This document shows positions 20,401 to 27,581 of a stretch of DNA of 34,679 nt, one piece after another. The position numbers and the translations under genes are program-made. This DNA comes from Candidatus Helarchaeota archaeon (GTDB lineage: Archaea; Asgardarchaeota; Lokiarchaeia; Helarchaeales; RDOG01), in assembly GCA_029838215.1 (NCBI GenBank), contig JALGVI010000036.1, positions 1-34,679 of the forward strand. The letters are read 5' to 3'. Position 1 is the first letter of the stretch. Each line of letters opens with the position of its first letter. The notes beneath the pieces are model-generated. The model was not told the DNA's origin. It ran no database searches and saw nothing but the letters and a program-made list of their open reading frames with translations.

Positions 20401-21317
20401 AAGTTATCAATAACAAATTGAGATTTTTCATATACAGAGGTTCCAGAAGCAGGATCGGCATCTAATTGAGCCGCATAAGTCTGGACGTATGACCAACCAA
20501 TAAGAGGAGTTGTTGGGGTCTGAGTATACTGTGAAATAATACTACTAGGAATTAATGAAGCTGAAGAATTTTGAGCAGAAAGAGGCAGATCCACATCCTC
20601 GAAGATAATTTCGTAATTTGCGAGTAGCTCATGTCCTGTTAAGGGACCCGCTGTTGCAGTAATGGCACCGTATCCATCTTCCTGCAAGATTTCAGTATAA
20701 TCAGGAGCGGGATTAACATATCCTCCACTACTAAAGGAGATCGTGATGTCGTCTATTCCTAAATTACCTGTAGGCTCGTCATGAAGTGGAACAGTCTGTT
20801 CAATCACGTCGGCACTATCGATGTTGCTTTTATTAAAGATAAGTGTTTGAGCATAAGAAGTGCCTGTAGGCGTTGCCAACGTATCATAAGATAAAGAAGA
20901 ATCACTTATCGCCCACGAATTTGTGCCATCATAAACATCCATGATGTATTGACGCCAATAGTGTTCAGGCACGCCTTTAGTGGCATTAAAATATTCTGTA
21001 TCAAATAAATCTAAAAGATCATCAAAATTATCAACATTATCAAGAAGATCTAGAAGAAGATCATCAAAATTTTGTAAAAAATCAAGAAGTCGATTGGGAT
21101 CAATTTCCGGCACGATAGAGCCATTAGGTAAATCTTCCAATCGAACATCTCCAATATTCATATTCAAACTAAGAAACAAGGGAATAGGTAAAAGCGAAAA
21201 AATCATTATTCCAGAAAAACATAAAGAAAATAAAAGAGCAAAAGTAAGATATGGATGACGAATATACCGCTTGCTCGGTGTTTTGCCACCCGAAGAAGCA
21301 CCATCTCTCAAAGACAT
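14451..21317 (-). CDS. Giant cell-surface protein: N-terminal TM, two TgpA/transglutaminase-like modules, ~12 Ig-like repeats, TM, DUF4129-like tail
   Basis: Two copies of YW(R/K)...D.(Y/F)D...W plus L(L)R..GI..R...G, H.W.EV and FDP. These are followed by recurring G.L.D..G/TD.NG.F repeats, many N-x-S/T sequons, a TM and KTNREF/LYEEARFS. Confidence 0.88.
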   Translation of the reverse strand: MSLRDGASSGGKTPSKRYIRHPYLTFALLFSLCFSGIMIFSLLPIPLFLSLNMNIGDVRLEDLPNGSIVPEIDPNRLLDFLQNFDDLLLDLLDNVDNFDDLLDLFDTEYFNATKGVPEHYWRQYIMDVYDGTNSWAISDSSLSYDTLATPTGTSYAQTLIFNKSNIDSADVIEQTVPLHDEPTGNLGIDDITISFSSGGYVNPAPDYTEILQEDGYGAITATAGPLTGHELLANYEIIFEDVDLPLSAQNSSASLIPSSIISQYTQTPTTPLIGWSYVQTYAAQLDADPASGTSVYEKSQFVIDNLTQSFSYDPFQYLGIDPSDPYSSTISVYEVPAGVDAVYDFMYNRGWGIFYDFVAAHAVLLRLMGIPTRYISGFSVGDRSGTYEVVKFMNAHAWTEVYLPINSSYGMWWPFDPSSSTGFTPPTSDNNTWGDLNGGDGDLDASPPGNPGGSGEYGGGAFGDGEGTVAGAGFGGGEGVWGFGDFGPSGTHFEAEPATSTNRSYWKMNSYDEFDSSTWTKSNVTYANVTNVTAAQVYNITIDLVAITNGTALYPLPVLSPIANMIDGSFNVTKMSGSGTINQSDLLYDVNYGAIYWNVSIGGSVSLTDPTWLQVTYSVPYNGSYNGDFDAWAGNMNAIGSPGSPNDGSGINYTSVSYIPQYIRDEIDQFRNHPALTTVNDTVLAVMEYFKTNFSFTPELNGTGYDLDALFQNGYGTSAQISTAFVMFLRDLGISSRLVYGGIQLDPSNYKWISNEHFWAEVWIEDDLGFGDWVQFDPVPLPKYMYNETQGSGGTWYPARIPDEKVRTMHYDVNVTFNSSSVVSRGTGIEFTASLWRDNQILKTNLLNQKINISFYDLVNDTFIIVDEPVNDSGYVQANTTFTTSDVVGPHPILGSFKAVMNATTIGLTGETNITLSNVVPDPLIRGENFTASGLFEDPVTHQALYPHGYYINISSPNQNCTFESGNQYTTPTGFQGNFSVSSTHPAGAYFNLTAAFYGTFSIEWPVPYNYILPNYLYISGTENVSGNYTINLWVGSTIENKTVYSDIPGFPIVAGHNTTVNGTLVEDDGVTPIVGEYVDLHWSNSSGDFNLSSVKTDANGNFSFVHEVPLNDVGNVDVYVVYRGNSSRGSCVSAHDPAVAHLVEIHILSVTPSVATIGTTSITISGNVTLLNATLHPQGGFADFNYEVIFNDTVISSTQNTTNANGEFTHTFIVPRSDIDIADMYNVSIFNSTSDQPIQVVRWYNKTIELNYTTSIANTLVNGTTSKMYCQLNETLEITGSLLDNTGHASSNMIVNASILGQELGGGTTDANGDFTITFDMPENATLLGDQQILLTFYGTNYYNYSSTTVDIYVFNGTVLNINASRSTLDWNEQVTLSGSLLDSGGVGLVGRTVQIYLNSTLNRTVITQVNGFYQTTYTPYTDFDPPTSDKLGYFNATARFMGAFSNTSYNVTEFNVTTSSKFFTLLVNGSTNFYAQMGEPVVVTGYLKNTAGTAPFSNQNISIHLNGITLGAAFTDANGLFQITTTVTPLFSLGTNTITVLFNGTTSIASTSDIITFFVFDNNVNNLTISLSIGGSTRYNAQYRENGITIQGNVLSGSDPIYARYVDIYITNVTFGNGSEFLLDSLLTDVSGTYSKSFTGVELTNYLGQFNVTAVLRAGVAKNSSHAYNFNLQVNATTTFNNLLVNSSSYLNVQQGENVNITGYLSILGGDSLYYNSSGYNISAHVGGITIGSALTDGNGFFYIEANIPAGATIGPNNVNLKYNGTDFILATNQDASILVFDIANIGINVLINGQNPPYQASYKENIVISGSVVLSGIYNIQYRTVNLYIKNLTLGNNSESFAGSVQTNAQGAFTFPSNPAEMGEWQVIIELVALNSKNSTPASLEVNYTSTYTQLQIYNDDLSNYQSLVSQTYFFHVGWEYINITGRLTENGGYDHWNGKSMELLIDDNLTVTNVTYGGGYFQFTYRPTASNASLGTEFDAVIRFNDANPYINNITFSFKVYFYTTPQLSISSNNPSYYFTDVAVFSGQLVDAAAPAIGIPGKYLTIIANFSGVDTTIATPLTTGTNGAFSVTQVLSSQIPDWINVTVTYHGTSKEGGFVNLGVRPFDITPIVITLLLVLVVAVVAAVGAFIALKLYRRQQEIKAKIIDVVGNAQKIQTLLDGGRINEAIIFLFSNLAYISRGYLKLTRKTGKTNREFIEMITRRVEKIDDKDAFLLLDLYEEARFSKHGMTRADYEKAEKVYNRLAKTIVNLTHKDVLKEKEEESIASPVAQEQVAGEEIMISE

Positions 21318-21547
21318 ACAAAATCATCCTAAAGTGATTCAACAAACTTTTTTCAAAGATTTCCAGTAAATATTATTTGTAGCTCATAATATAAAATTCT
21401 TAATGAAAATGAATTATCTCATTTTTTTAATGCTTACTGCTGAATTTTTGAATAATCCGCCTTATGAACAGATCAGGAGAAGAAAGTTCATTTTAGTTGC
21501 TTTGACCAATTTAAATATTTAAAACGATTTGTATTTGGTGAAGAAGA

Positions 21548-22129
21548 TTGTTTCGAGGAAAGTTCATCGTATTGGATGGTATTGACGGAGCTGGGACCAC
21601 CACTCATTGTAGATTACTAGCTGAATGGTTCTCTTCAATGAATTATGAAGTTTTGCTAACGAGGGAGCCAACAGATGGTAAAGTGGGAAAAATCATTCGA
21701 CAAATCCTACAAAAGAAAGAACAAAAAACAAGACCCATATTCGATGCGTTGCTTTTTGCAGCAGACAGACAAGATCATCAGGATCTAATAAAATCAGCAC
21801 TCAAAGAAGGAAAGACCGTAATTTCAGATAGATATCTCGAGTCGAATATATGTTATCAAGGACAATACCTTGATATTGAATTCATCAAGATGATCAACAA
21901 GGACATCATAAATCCAGACGTGACTTTCATCTTGGACATTCCCGTGGAAATCAGCTTTCAAAGAAAGGAAATGAATGAAAAGTTTGAAAAAAAAGAACTT
22001 TTAAAGGAAGTCAGAAAGTGTTTTTTGGAACGTGCAAGGAAGAAGAAGCACATTATCATCACCTCAGAGGGCACCATTGGGGAGACTCAGAGAAAGATTA
22101 GAAATTCGCTCAATCTGGGGCTTTTTTAG
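21548..22129 (+). CDS. tmk: Thymidylate kinase
   Basis: FIVLDGIDGAGTTT, TREPT, LLFAADR, ISDRY and PDVTFILD. The start is TTG. Confidence 0.92.
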   Translation: MFRGKFIVLDGIDGAGTTTHCRLLAEWFSSMNYEVLLTREPTDGKVGKIIRQILQKKEQKTRPIFDALLFAADRQDHQDLIKSALKEGKTVISDRYLESNICYQGQYLDIEFIKMINKDIINPDVTFILDIPVEISFQRKEMNEKFEKKELLKEVRKCFLERARKKKHIIITSEGTIGETQRKIRNSLNLGLF

Positions 22130-23637
22130 AAAAAAGTTGATTTTAACGACTTCAAGACCTTGGTTAGCCATTCTTCCATTGGATCGATGGCAAGCTTTGG
22201 GTGATATTTGGCATAAGTTTCATAGTATTTCCGTTGAATCGTGAGAACTAGGTCGCTATTTTGTATCATTAGTTTTTTCAATTCATTTGCTCGGTTCATT
22301 ATTTCTTTTCTTGTAACTCCTTGCATCTCGTGCGTGATGGCTCTTGTATAATCTCCGTTATTAGAAATTGTCGTTTCGGAAAAAACCATGAATTCTTCAA
22401 ATGATTTGAACTTGGGAGTGATTCCGTATTCTGAGGCTCGCTCATAGAGTTCAAGGGTTGGAAAGATGCAAACAGGCGTGACCCAGCGAGGGATTCCACC
22501 GTTTTCGATGGTTTTAATGATGAATTGTTTTGTTTCTTGCATGTCTTCTTGAGTTTCGCGTGGGAGCCCAACCATCCAGTATGTCACAGGGCGTATTCCG
22601 TTTTTGCACGTGGTGGAGAGAGTCTTGAGAATGGTTTGCCTTGAATACTGTCGGTTCATGCTCCTTAGTAATTTTTCAGAGCCGGTTTCTATGCCATAAT
22701 CAATGGAATCAACACCTGCAAGGGATAAATCATGAAGTATCGTTCCTGATAGGCTTCCAGGAAGCACTGCCAAGTTAAACATGTCGATCTTGTCAATTAG
22801 GCCCTGATGTTTTTGTATTTCCAAGGCATAATCGTGTAGAACCTTCGGTCTGCAATATATGTAATCTTGTATTGCGATTTTGGATACATCTCGCAGGAGA
22901 TATTTGAGTTGAGCAATGATCCAGTCGGGGGAATGGACGGTCAGAGTCGTTCTTGGAGATAGACAACTCGTTGAATACGTGTTTCTATTTCCAATGCAAT
23001 ACTTGCAGGAATAAATGCAGGGACCGCGGCAGGTATTGATCATTCCAAAATCAAACGGTGGCTTTAATTTAGGTTTTACGATTCGTAAGGAGTAAGGAGG
23101 TAGTTGATCTATGTCCTCCACGATTTCGGGCGGTCCTGTATTGATAAGTCTTCCGTTTTCCCGCACAATAATGCCTTTAACGTCCATCAGGGGTTTGCCA
23201 CGTTCTTTTTTTTCCATCACGGATAAAAACGTTTTTTCAGCTTCCCCAATACAGGTTCCATCAATGCACTCATATTTCTTTAAAATATATTCTGCAAAAA
23301 TGGTTTGATGAACGCCACCTAAAAGGATTTTGACGTTAGGGAGAAGTTTTTTTATTTCACTTGCGAGTTGGATGGCTCCTTTCGAAAAGTGCAACCAATT
23401 CAATTCAATTCCAACGACTTGAGGAGATGCCCCTTTAATCATGTCGATGATGTTCTTGGTCGTCAGACCATGCATGTAAAAGGCAGGCATATTCCAGCAT
23501 TCAACGTCGAAGCCTTCGCGTTTAAGAAATGCAGCCACGCTCAACATTCCATAGCCCATGATGATAGTGGACATGAATGAAAGGTTTGCTTTCTTTGGAT
23601 CAAGCGTCGGGGGGGGGTGAAGAAACAACACGTCCAT
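22126..23637 (-). CDS. Cobalamin-binding radical SAM protein (class B type)
   Basis: N-terminal B12-binding-like domain (GMLSVAAFL..GFDV, VKILLGGVH), CIYSCKYC cluster motif, YGIETGSE and YWMVGLPRET. Confidence 0.88.
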   Translation of the reverse strand: MDVLFLHPPPTLDPKKANLSFMSTIIMGYGMLSVAAFLKREGFDVECWNMPAFYMHGLTTKNIIDMIKGASPQVVGIELNWLHFSKGAIQLASEIKKLLPNVKILLGGVHQTIFAEYILKKYECIDGTCIGEAEKTFLSVMEKKERGKPLMDVKGIIVRENGRLINTGPPEIVEDIDQLPPYSLRIVKPKLKPPFDFGMINTCRGPCIYSCKYCIGNRNTYSTSCLSPRTTLTVHSPDWIIAQLKYLLRDVSKIAIQDYIYCRPKVLHDYALEIQKHQGLIDKIDMFNLAVLPGSLSGTILHDLSLAGVDSIDYGIETGSEKLLRSMNRQYSRQTILKTLSTTCKNGIRPVTYWMVGLPRETQEDMQETKQFIIKTIENGGIPRWVTPVCIFPTLELYERASEYGITPKFKSFEEFMVFSETTISNNGDYTRAITHEMQGVTRKEIMNRANELKKLMIQNSDLVLTIQRKYYETYAKYHPKLAIDPMEEWLTKVLKSLKSTFF

Positions 23638-23732
23638 TTAGACCACGAAAATTTACTAGATGATAAGTATTTTAAGTCAAAGATTGAACTTTATCCTGAA
23701 TCACGAAAAGATTACTAAAAAGTGAACTTGTC

Positions 23733-24722
23733 ATGACGGAGAACGAAAAGAAAGACGTGGAAGAATCTGCCGAGGAAAAAGAGGAAAAATCGGAAGAAGA
23801 AGAACTTGCTGAAAAGCTTGAGTATCATCGGCTGGCGGGTTCGATTTCGAAGGAAATAGAACCACTTGCACGTTCTTTAGTTAAAGTTGGAGCAAATTTG
23901 ATTGACATTTGTTCCCAAATAGAAGAAAAGATACTGGAGAAAACAGGAACCAAAGGCGGAATGGCTTTTCCCTGTAATATTTCTCTGAATAATATTGCAG
24001 CACATTATTCTTCACCTCCTGGGGACCAAACCGTGATCAAGGAAGGAGATCTCGTTAAAGTGGATTACGGCATTCACATGGACGGGTACATCTCGGATTT
24101 TGCATTCTCCGTCTCGTTTAACCCTGAATATGATAAAATGGTTGAAGTTGCGAGTAAAGCAGTAAAGGCCGTCATTGCAGCTGTAAAGCCGGGCGTCAAG
24201 TCAAATGAATTAGGTGCCATTGCTGAAAAAATCGCAAAAGAAAATGGTTATCGAACAATAATTGACTTGTCAGGTCATTTACTTGAGAAGTGGGAGCTCC
24301 ATGGTAAAAAAATCATCCCGAATTTTTCAACACCATCGGGGACAAAGTTGGAGGAGAATGAAGTCTATGCAATGGAGACTTTTATCACGACTGGCTCAGG
24401 AAACATTCATGACATGAACACGTGTTACATATACCAATTATTACCGATCAGAAGATTCCCACGTTCGGCTCCAGCCCGTAAAATCCTCAAGATCATAGGA
24501 AATAAGTATAAGACACTTCCATTTGCCAAGCGATGGTTAGCCAAGGAAGTCGGGTTCGGCTATAACTTGGGCTTAAGAGAATTAGTCAGACTCCGAGCAT
24601 TGCATGAATTTCATCCACTGGCAGAAGATAAAAGAGATGCCGTAATTGCACAAAGAGAAGTCTCGTTTATCGTGACAAAAGATGGGGCAGAAGTGTTTAA
24701 TTGGGAATTTGATGACATTTAA
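23733..24722 (+). CDS. map: Methionine aminopeptidase type II
   Basis: AFPCNIS.NNIAAHY, KVDYGIHMDGYISD, SGH and METF, plus the type II helical insertion (YKTLPFAKRWL). Confidence 0.94.
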   Translation: MTENEKKDVEESAEEKEEKSEEEELAEKLEYHRLAGSISKEIEPLARSLVKVGANLIDICSQIEEKILEKTGTKGGMAFPCNISLNNIAAHYSSPPGDQTVIKEGDLVKVDYGIHMDGYISDFAFSVSFNPEYDKMVEVASKAVKAVIAAVKPGVKSNELGAIAEKIAKENGYRTIIDLSGHLLEKWELHGKKIIPNFSTPSGTKLEENEVYAMETFITTGSGNIHDMNTCYIYQLLPIRRFPRSAPARKILKIIGNKYKTLPFAKRWLAKEVGFGYNLGLRELVRLRALHEFHPLAEDKRDAVIAQREVSFIVTKDGAEVFNWEFDDI

Positions 24723-24738
24723 ACAATCATGCAAGTCG

Positions 24739-26349
24739 TCATCTTAGCTGCAAGTTTAGCATGTTTTTAGCATGGTCAATGATTTTAAGCATGGTATCTA
24801 ACGGGCGCTCGATGAGATCGGGCATTTTTTCATGAAGCACTTGACGCAGTTTTGACCTTGTTTCAGGAGTTAAAAATGAGAAATCGGGAAGCTGAATCAA
24901 ATCCTTATTTATTCGTACTTTTCTTGTAGTGCGTTGCCCATTTTCATCTAAATATGGGCGCAAATGTATGGCATCAGAAAACGGGATGACACCACGTTTT
25001 AAAATCCCGATCATGAACTCAATCGGTTCTTCATATTTTGTTATTACTTCCCAGCTTCCTGCAAAACCGATGTAGGTTTCGAGAGTTGGAGCGCTTATTT
25101 CCATGTTTCTTATATTATAGTCATATTTTATGGGGTTGACGCGACATCTTTTTTCGCCGAAATCTAAAAGAGCAGAGTTTATGTTTTTAGAGGAGATGAC
25201 ACGATTGACCTTGCTTCGATAAATCGTGAGAGACTCGATTAGTTCAGTTGAAAGGTCTATTAGATTATCTTCATTTATTGTCGAGTGATGAAAATCGACA
25301 GCAACCATGTTCGCATTCAAACCGTTTAATAAGAAAATTTCTAAATCAGGTGGAAATTGGAGTTCTCGGGTTAATTCTCGAAAAACTTCACTTAACAGAG
25401 GTTCGAAAAGGATTTCATCACCGTATTTCTGCACTCGTTTAAGAAGAGTCTCGGCACTGACAGATCCATATATTGGAGCTTGAAATGCATCCTTGAAAAT
25501 ATCGGTTCGACTCGTGAACTTCGTATGAAGTAGGTTGTTCCGTCGCAGGACATCCCGGAAAAAGGAACGTGCTATATCCACGGTCCGCTTGTTAATTTCA
25601 TCGTAGATGTCATCAGGATTAAAATGAAATACTGAAAAAACGAGGTTTTCGCTAATCGGAATGGATGCCTGAATCTCAAGAATTTTATTCGAAATCTTAA
25701 TTTCGTCGGACTGTTTTGGTGAATCAAGAGAGACTATCTTTTGATTTAGCATTTCAGTAAGAGCATATTCCTGACTAAAACTCTTTAAAGACTCAATAAA
25801 TCCGAAAATGATTTGATCATCATCACCCTCAGGAAACGAGTAGATATATATGCCGTGTTTTGACCCCAGTATGATTTTTGCTTCCCGTTCTTTGAGGATG
25901 AATCTATTTTTCGTAGGAGGGTTATAATCTTCATCAAAATGACTTATTAGTTGGTCGATTTTTGGCTCGATAAAACGAAGTTGGTCGATCGTCGACACGC
26001 TGCTCAGAAATGTCAATCGTTCTTTCTTTAGTTTCCGCCGGGTTACGAATAGATCCTGCCCTATCTGTAGCCAATCACCGTCAGTAAAGCAGACCCTGAA
26101 GGCATTTCGAATTGTCATGTGAGTGGGTTTTCGTTTCCTGTCGAAATATTTAGGAGTGTAGATATACAACGAGTTATGTTCGTCATCAACTTCAGGAGCA
26201 GATATTTCTTTCAAAGGATTGAAAAAAATGGCACAAATTGGCAAGTATTTCTCGCAAAGATCTTGAAACTCGTATTGATCCATTTTATTCGGTCTCATAA
26301 GCTTGAATCTGTTGTGATAGTGTCCCCTTTTACAGCTTAAATCAAGCAA
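24739..26349 (-). CDS. Hypothetical protein with two predicted longin-like domains
   Basis: Long ORF. It has two segments with a beta-beta-alpha-beta-beta-beta-alpha pattern and the motif GIYIY...D.QIIFGFIESLKSFSQE. The likely start is ATG 26298 or 26283. Confidence 0.6.
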   Translation of the reverse strand: MLDLSCKRGHYHNRFKLMRPNKMDQYEFQDLCEKYLPICAIFFNPLKEISAPEVDDEHNSLYIYTPKYFDRKRKPTHMTIRNAFRVCFTDGDWLQIGQDLFVTRRKLKKERLTFLSSVSTIDQLRFIEPKIDQLISHFDEDYNPPTKNRFILKEREAKIILGSKHGIYIYSFPEGDDDQIIFGFIESLKSFSQEYALTEMLNQKIVSLDSPKQSDEIKISNKILEIQASIPISENLVFSVFHFNPDDIYDEINKRTVDIARSFFRDVLRRNNLLHTKFTSRTDIFKDAFQAPIYGSVSAETLLKRVQKYGDEILFEPLLSEVFRELTRELQFPPDLEIFLLNGLNANMVAVDFHHSTINEDNLIDLSTELIESLTIYRSKVNRVISSKNINSALLDFGEKRCRVNPIKYDYNIRNMEISAPTLETYIGFAGSWEVITKYEEPIEFMIGILKRGVIPFSDAIHLRPYLDENGQRTTRKVRINKDLIQLPDFSFLTPETRSKLRQVLHEKMPDLIERPLDTMLKIIDHAKNMLNLQLR

Positions 26350-26600
26350 ATTGAAGGTTTCGTTTTTTCTAAGTACAAAAAATTCTATTCTTTAAGAATA
26401 AAAGATTTATCTCCATCGAGCTGGATTCATTTGATTAGCCCGATATTTACTTCGTTAACGTGCAGATCTTTTCTTTCTAGATGCAGGTTTTTTATCGAGC
26501 ATTAATTTCAACTCGTTGGCATTAAGATAACTTAAATAAGACACTTGACATGATGTTTTCTATATCAATTACCGAAAATCAGTCATCGAGCAAATATAAA

Positions 26601-27581
26601 ATGGATTTTAGATTTATCTCGACTTTTCATGCAAAGGTCAATCAACCAGATCTCACGATAACTGTGGGTTATAATCAAAGCACGCCCAAAATGATTAAAT
26701 TACTCAACGAGTATAAAGGAGATTCCTTCATTCATAGTGGAAATTGGTGGAACATCAAGCCAGAAACAAGAACTCGAGAAGTCGTATTGGAGAAACAGGA
26801 ACAATTATGGATCAAGGGAAAAACGATTGGTTTCATGTCATGTAACATTCCTGCGAGCTTCGAGCGTGCAGATTATTGGAACATGCCCCAAAAAGCGCGC
26901 ATTAAAGCCATCGAAAAGTGTCTTGAGAATGCAGATTGGGCTTTAGAACACGTAAAAAATCAGGTTCCGATTTATTGCTCTCTTGAGGTTTGCACTCACG
27001 ACGAAGCCAGAAAATGGTTCAGAGAAGCATTGGATCGGGGACACACGCATTTCTGCCGTGGAGTTGCAGAGTTTTTGAGCAAGCCGAAATATCGAAAAGA
27101 AGGGCTTCTTAAAGTATTCGAAATCGTCATTGGCGCAAGATCAGTCTTGGGAGATAAGCCATTTCATTTATCGGGAACGGCCAGTCCATATTTGATGCCC
27201 ATTTTCTGTTATTTGGGCGTGAGTAGCATTGACGGTTCGACACCAGTCACTTCAGCTCTTGGGAGAGGAACCGTGTACGACAAGTTTTTTCGAGGGCATA
27301 AAGTCCGCGAGATAAAAGAATGGAGTTGCGATTGTTCATTTTGTTCTCAATTTTCAGAAAAAGAAGTGATAAAAAATTTCAATGAAGATAACGTAGGACG
27401 CATGTTACATAATTTAGAATTATGGAAAAAGAATGTAAAAGAAATACAGGAATGTCATGATAGGACGGAATTGCGACAGTTAATTGAGAATCGAATTGAA
27501 GAAACGGGATCAAAATATTTAAAAAGGCAGTGGGAACGTGCAATTGACCTTCTTACAAAGTTAAATCATGATGTTTCATGA
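26601..27581 (+). CDS. tRNA-guanine transglycosylase (TGT) superfamily protein, atypical
   Basis: PFHLSG, GVSSIDGST, a CDCSFC-x21-HN zinc site and a TIM-barrel-sized ORF. HSG occupies the position of the DSG motif. The ORF track starts at 26550; I prefer ATG 26601. Confidence 0.72.
   Translation: MDFRFISTFHAKVNQPDLTITVGYNQSTPKMIKLLNEYKGDSFIHSGNWWNIKPETRTREVVLEKQEQLWIKGKTIGFMSCNIPASFERADYWNMPQKARIKAIEKCLENADWALEHVKNQVPIYCSLEVCTHDEARKWFREALDRGHTHFCRGVAEFLSKPKYRKEGLLKVFEIVIGARSVLGDKPFHLSGTASPYLMPIFCYLGVSSIDGSTPVTSALGRGTVYDKFFRGHKVREIKEWSCDCSFCSQFSEKEVIKNFNEDNVGRMLHNLELWKKNVKEIQECHDRTELRQLIENRIEETGSKYLKRQWERAIDLLTKLNHDVS

Noticed and set aside
15285-21258. Many short plus-strand ORFs and alternative-frame ORFs within the giant gene, including Pro/His-rich ones at 19710-20094
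   Set aside because: They are shadows of a long, coherent ORF. The Pro/His bias simply mirrors the Gly-rich linker.
22126-27581. Radical SAM plus TGT-like genes as an archaeosine or 7-deazaguanine pathway cluster
   Set aside because: They are not adjacent or co-oriented, the radical SAM is B12-type unlike RaSEA or QueE, and no queC, queD, folE or dpd genes are in the window.
788-27581. Apparent theme of several catalytically altered enzymes (C25, TG modules, TGT, Tmk)
   Set aside because: The genes are unlinked in function and orientation, so this is best treated as coincidence or lineage divergence rather than one system.
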